Below are positions 5,508-6,138 of a stretch of 6,138 bases of DNA, piece by piece. The notes under the pieces were generated by a model, which searched no databases, was not told the origin of the DNA, and saw only the letters and a program-made list of their open reading frames with translations. The DNA lies in assembly GCA_028693335.1 (NCBI GenBank), contig JAQUVR010000039.1, forward strand, positions 1 through 6,138, given 5' to 3'. Position 1 is the stretch's first letter. The number at the start of each line of letters is the position of its first letter. The DNA is from Candidatus Iainarchaeum sp. GTDB lineage: Archaea; Iainarchaeota; Iainarchaeia; Iainarchaeales; CSSED10-239. The translations under genes were made by a program, and so were the position numbers.

Positions 5508-6138
5508 TTAGTTTTTAATACAGCCTTCTGTTTCGCTATCTAATCTCTTTATTACTTCATTTGTTAAATCATCAGAAATTGCTTTAGGATTATAATAAAC
5601 TGATAATTTTGTTGCACTTGGTGAAACACATGCTTTTTTTTCTGATACTAAATTATATATGTCTTTTAAAGATTTAATATCATTTACTAAAGCATTCCTA
5701 AGTTCAACACTTTCTGATGCACTCATTAATGATACTTGTTGATTTGTGGATGATCTTTGACTTAAAATATAGAAATATGCTTCGTCATCTTTTGAATCAA
5801 TTACAAGTCTACTAATACCATCAACTGCTTGACCTGTTTTATAGTTTGTTGGTGTGTAAAATATTGTATATAACCAAACATTACCATATCTATTAATCTC
5901 TTCCTTTGGCCATTCAACACCATAACTAAATCCTTGGCTTTGTGTTGTTGGTGCTAATCTTGATTCAGTTGCAACAATATCTCTTGTTCCTAAATATCTT
6001 TCAAGTTGTGGAACTCCTTCAAAGTCTCTACAATTTGCAAAACCTGTCCAATAGGTTAAAACATTTCCAGTGTTTGCAATTATTCCGCCTTCGTTTGGTG
6101 GAGATCCAAGTGATAGTTTGTAGAATGCAAGTGCATTA
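5508..6138 (-). CDS. Hypothetical protein, C-terminal >=209 aa (N-terminus beyond the window); family not recognised
   Basis: The frame of the listed 72-aa ORF (5508..5726) stays open upstream of its ATG all the way to 6138, with no tta/cta/tca in the register 5511-5513 ... 6135-6137. Translation: ...NALAFYKLSLGSPPNEGGIIANTGNVLTYWTGFANCRDFEGVPQLERYLGTRDIVATESRLAPTTQSQGFSYGVEWPKEEINRYGNVWLYTIFYTPTNYKTGQAVDGISRLVIDSKDDEAYFYILSQRSSTNQQVSLMSASESVELRNALVNDIKSLKDIYNLVSEKKACVSPSATKLSVYYNPKAISDDLTNEVIKRLDSETEGCIKN*. The TAA stop is at 5508-5510. No SD-like motif precedes the internal ATG at 5726. Codon bias matches the neighbouring gene. Confidence 0.8.
   Translation of the reverse strand, partial: NALAFYKLSLGSPPNEGGIIANTGNVLTYWTGFANCRDFEGVPQLERYLGTRDIVATESRLAPTTQSQGFSYGVEWPKEEINRYGNVWLYTIFYTPTNYKTGQAVDGISRLVIDSKDDEAYFYILSQRSSTNQQVSLMSASESVELRNALVNDIKSLKDIYNLVSEKKACVSPSATKLSVYYNPKAISDDLTNEVIKRLDSETEGCIKN

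Noticed and set aside
1-6138. Alternative genetic code (stop-codon reassignment) as the explanation for the near-empty ORF track
   Set aside because: This was my first suspicion. The manual frame scan shows that both long frames are open in the standard code and that Trp is encoded by TGG. The track is sparse because both real genes lack a stop or a start inside the window, not because of recoding.
1-6138. CRISPR arrays, tRNA/rRNA genes, IS elements/transposase or long direct/inverted nucleotide repeats
   Set aside because: I saw no spaced direct repeats, no GC-rich structured RNA-like islands and no terminal inverted repeats. Essentially all sequence outside the 109-nt spacer is accounted for by the two coding frames.

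Overview
AT-rich window (roughly 25-30% G+C by eye) that is almost entirely coding on the minus strand. It holds two co-directional genes, both cut by the window edges, separated by a 109-nt spacer (5399-5507). The supplied ORF track is misleading. It appears to list only ORFs closed by a stop inside the window, so it misses the dominant feature: an uninterrupted minus-strand reading frame in the standard code, from ATG 5398 to position 1. That frame is at least 1,799 codons with no stop yet. Three of the four listed ORFs (315-521, 1378-1569, 1851-2048, all +) are antisense shadows inside this gene. The fourth (5508-5726 -) is only the tail of a longer ORF that stays open to 6138. By manual translation the giant product has six parts: a Lys/Arg-rich N-terminal tail and one signal-anchor helix; about six divergent carboxypeptidase-regulatory/Ig-like beta-sandwich modules; a roughly 300-aa unassigned beta-rich region; a Big-like module followed by three roughly 140-aa modules sharing a (V/F)TLKN strand; a charge-free Gly/Ala-rich hydrophobic segment of about 48 residues (likely a TM hairpin); and at least 226 further residues containing four cysteines. 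I see no catalytic motif and no named family, and I cannot run homology searches. My best reading is a giant membrane-tethered surface or adhesin-type protein of an AT-rich prokaryote with unusual topology. The spacer holds a T-tract terminator candidate, a promoter candidate with a quasi-palindrome, a (TA) repeat and a strong Shine-Dalgarno site. I found no RNA genes, CRISPR arrays or mobile elements.
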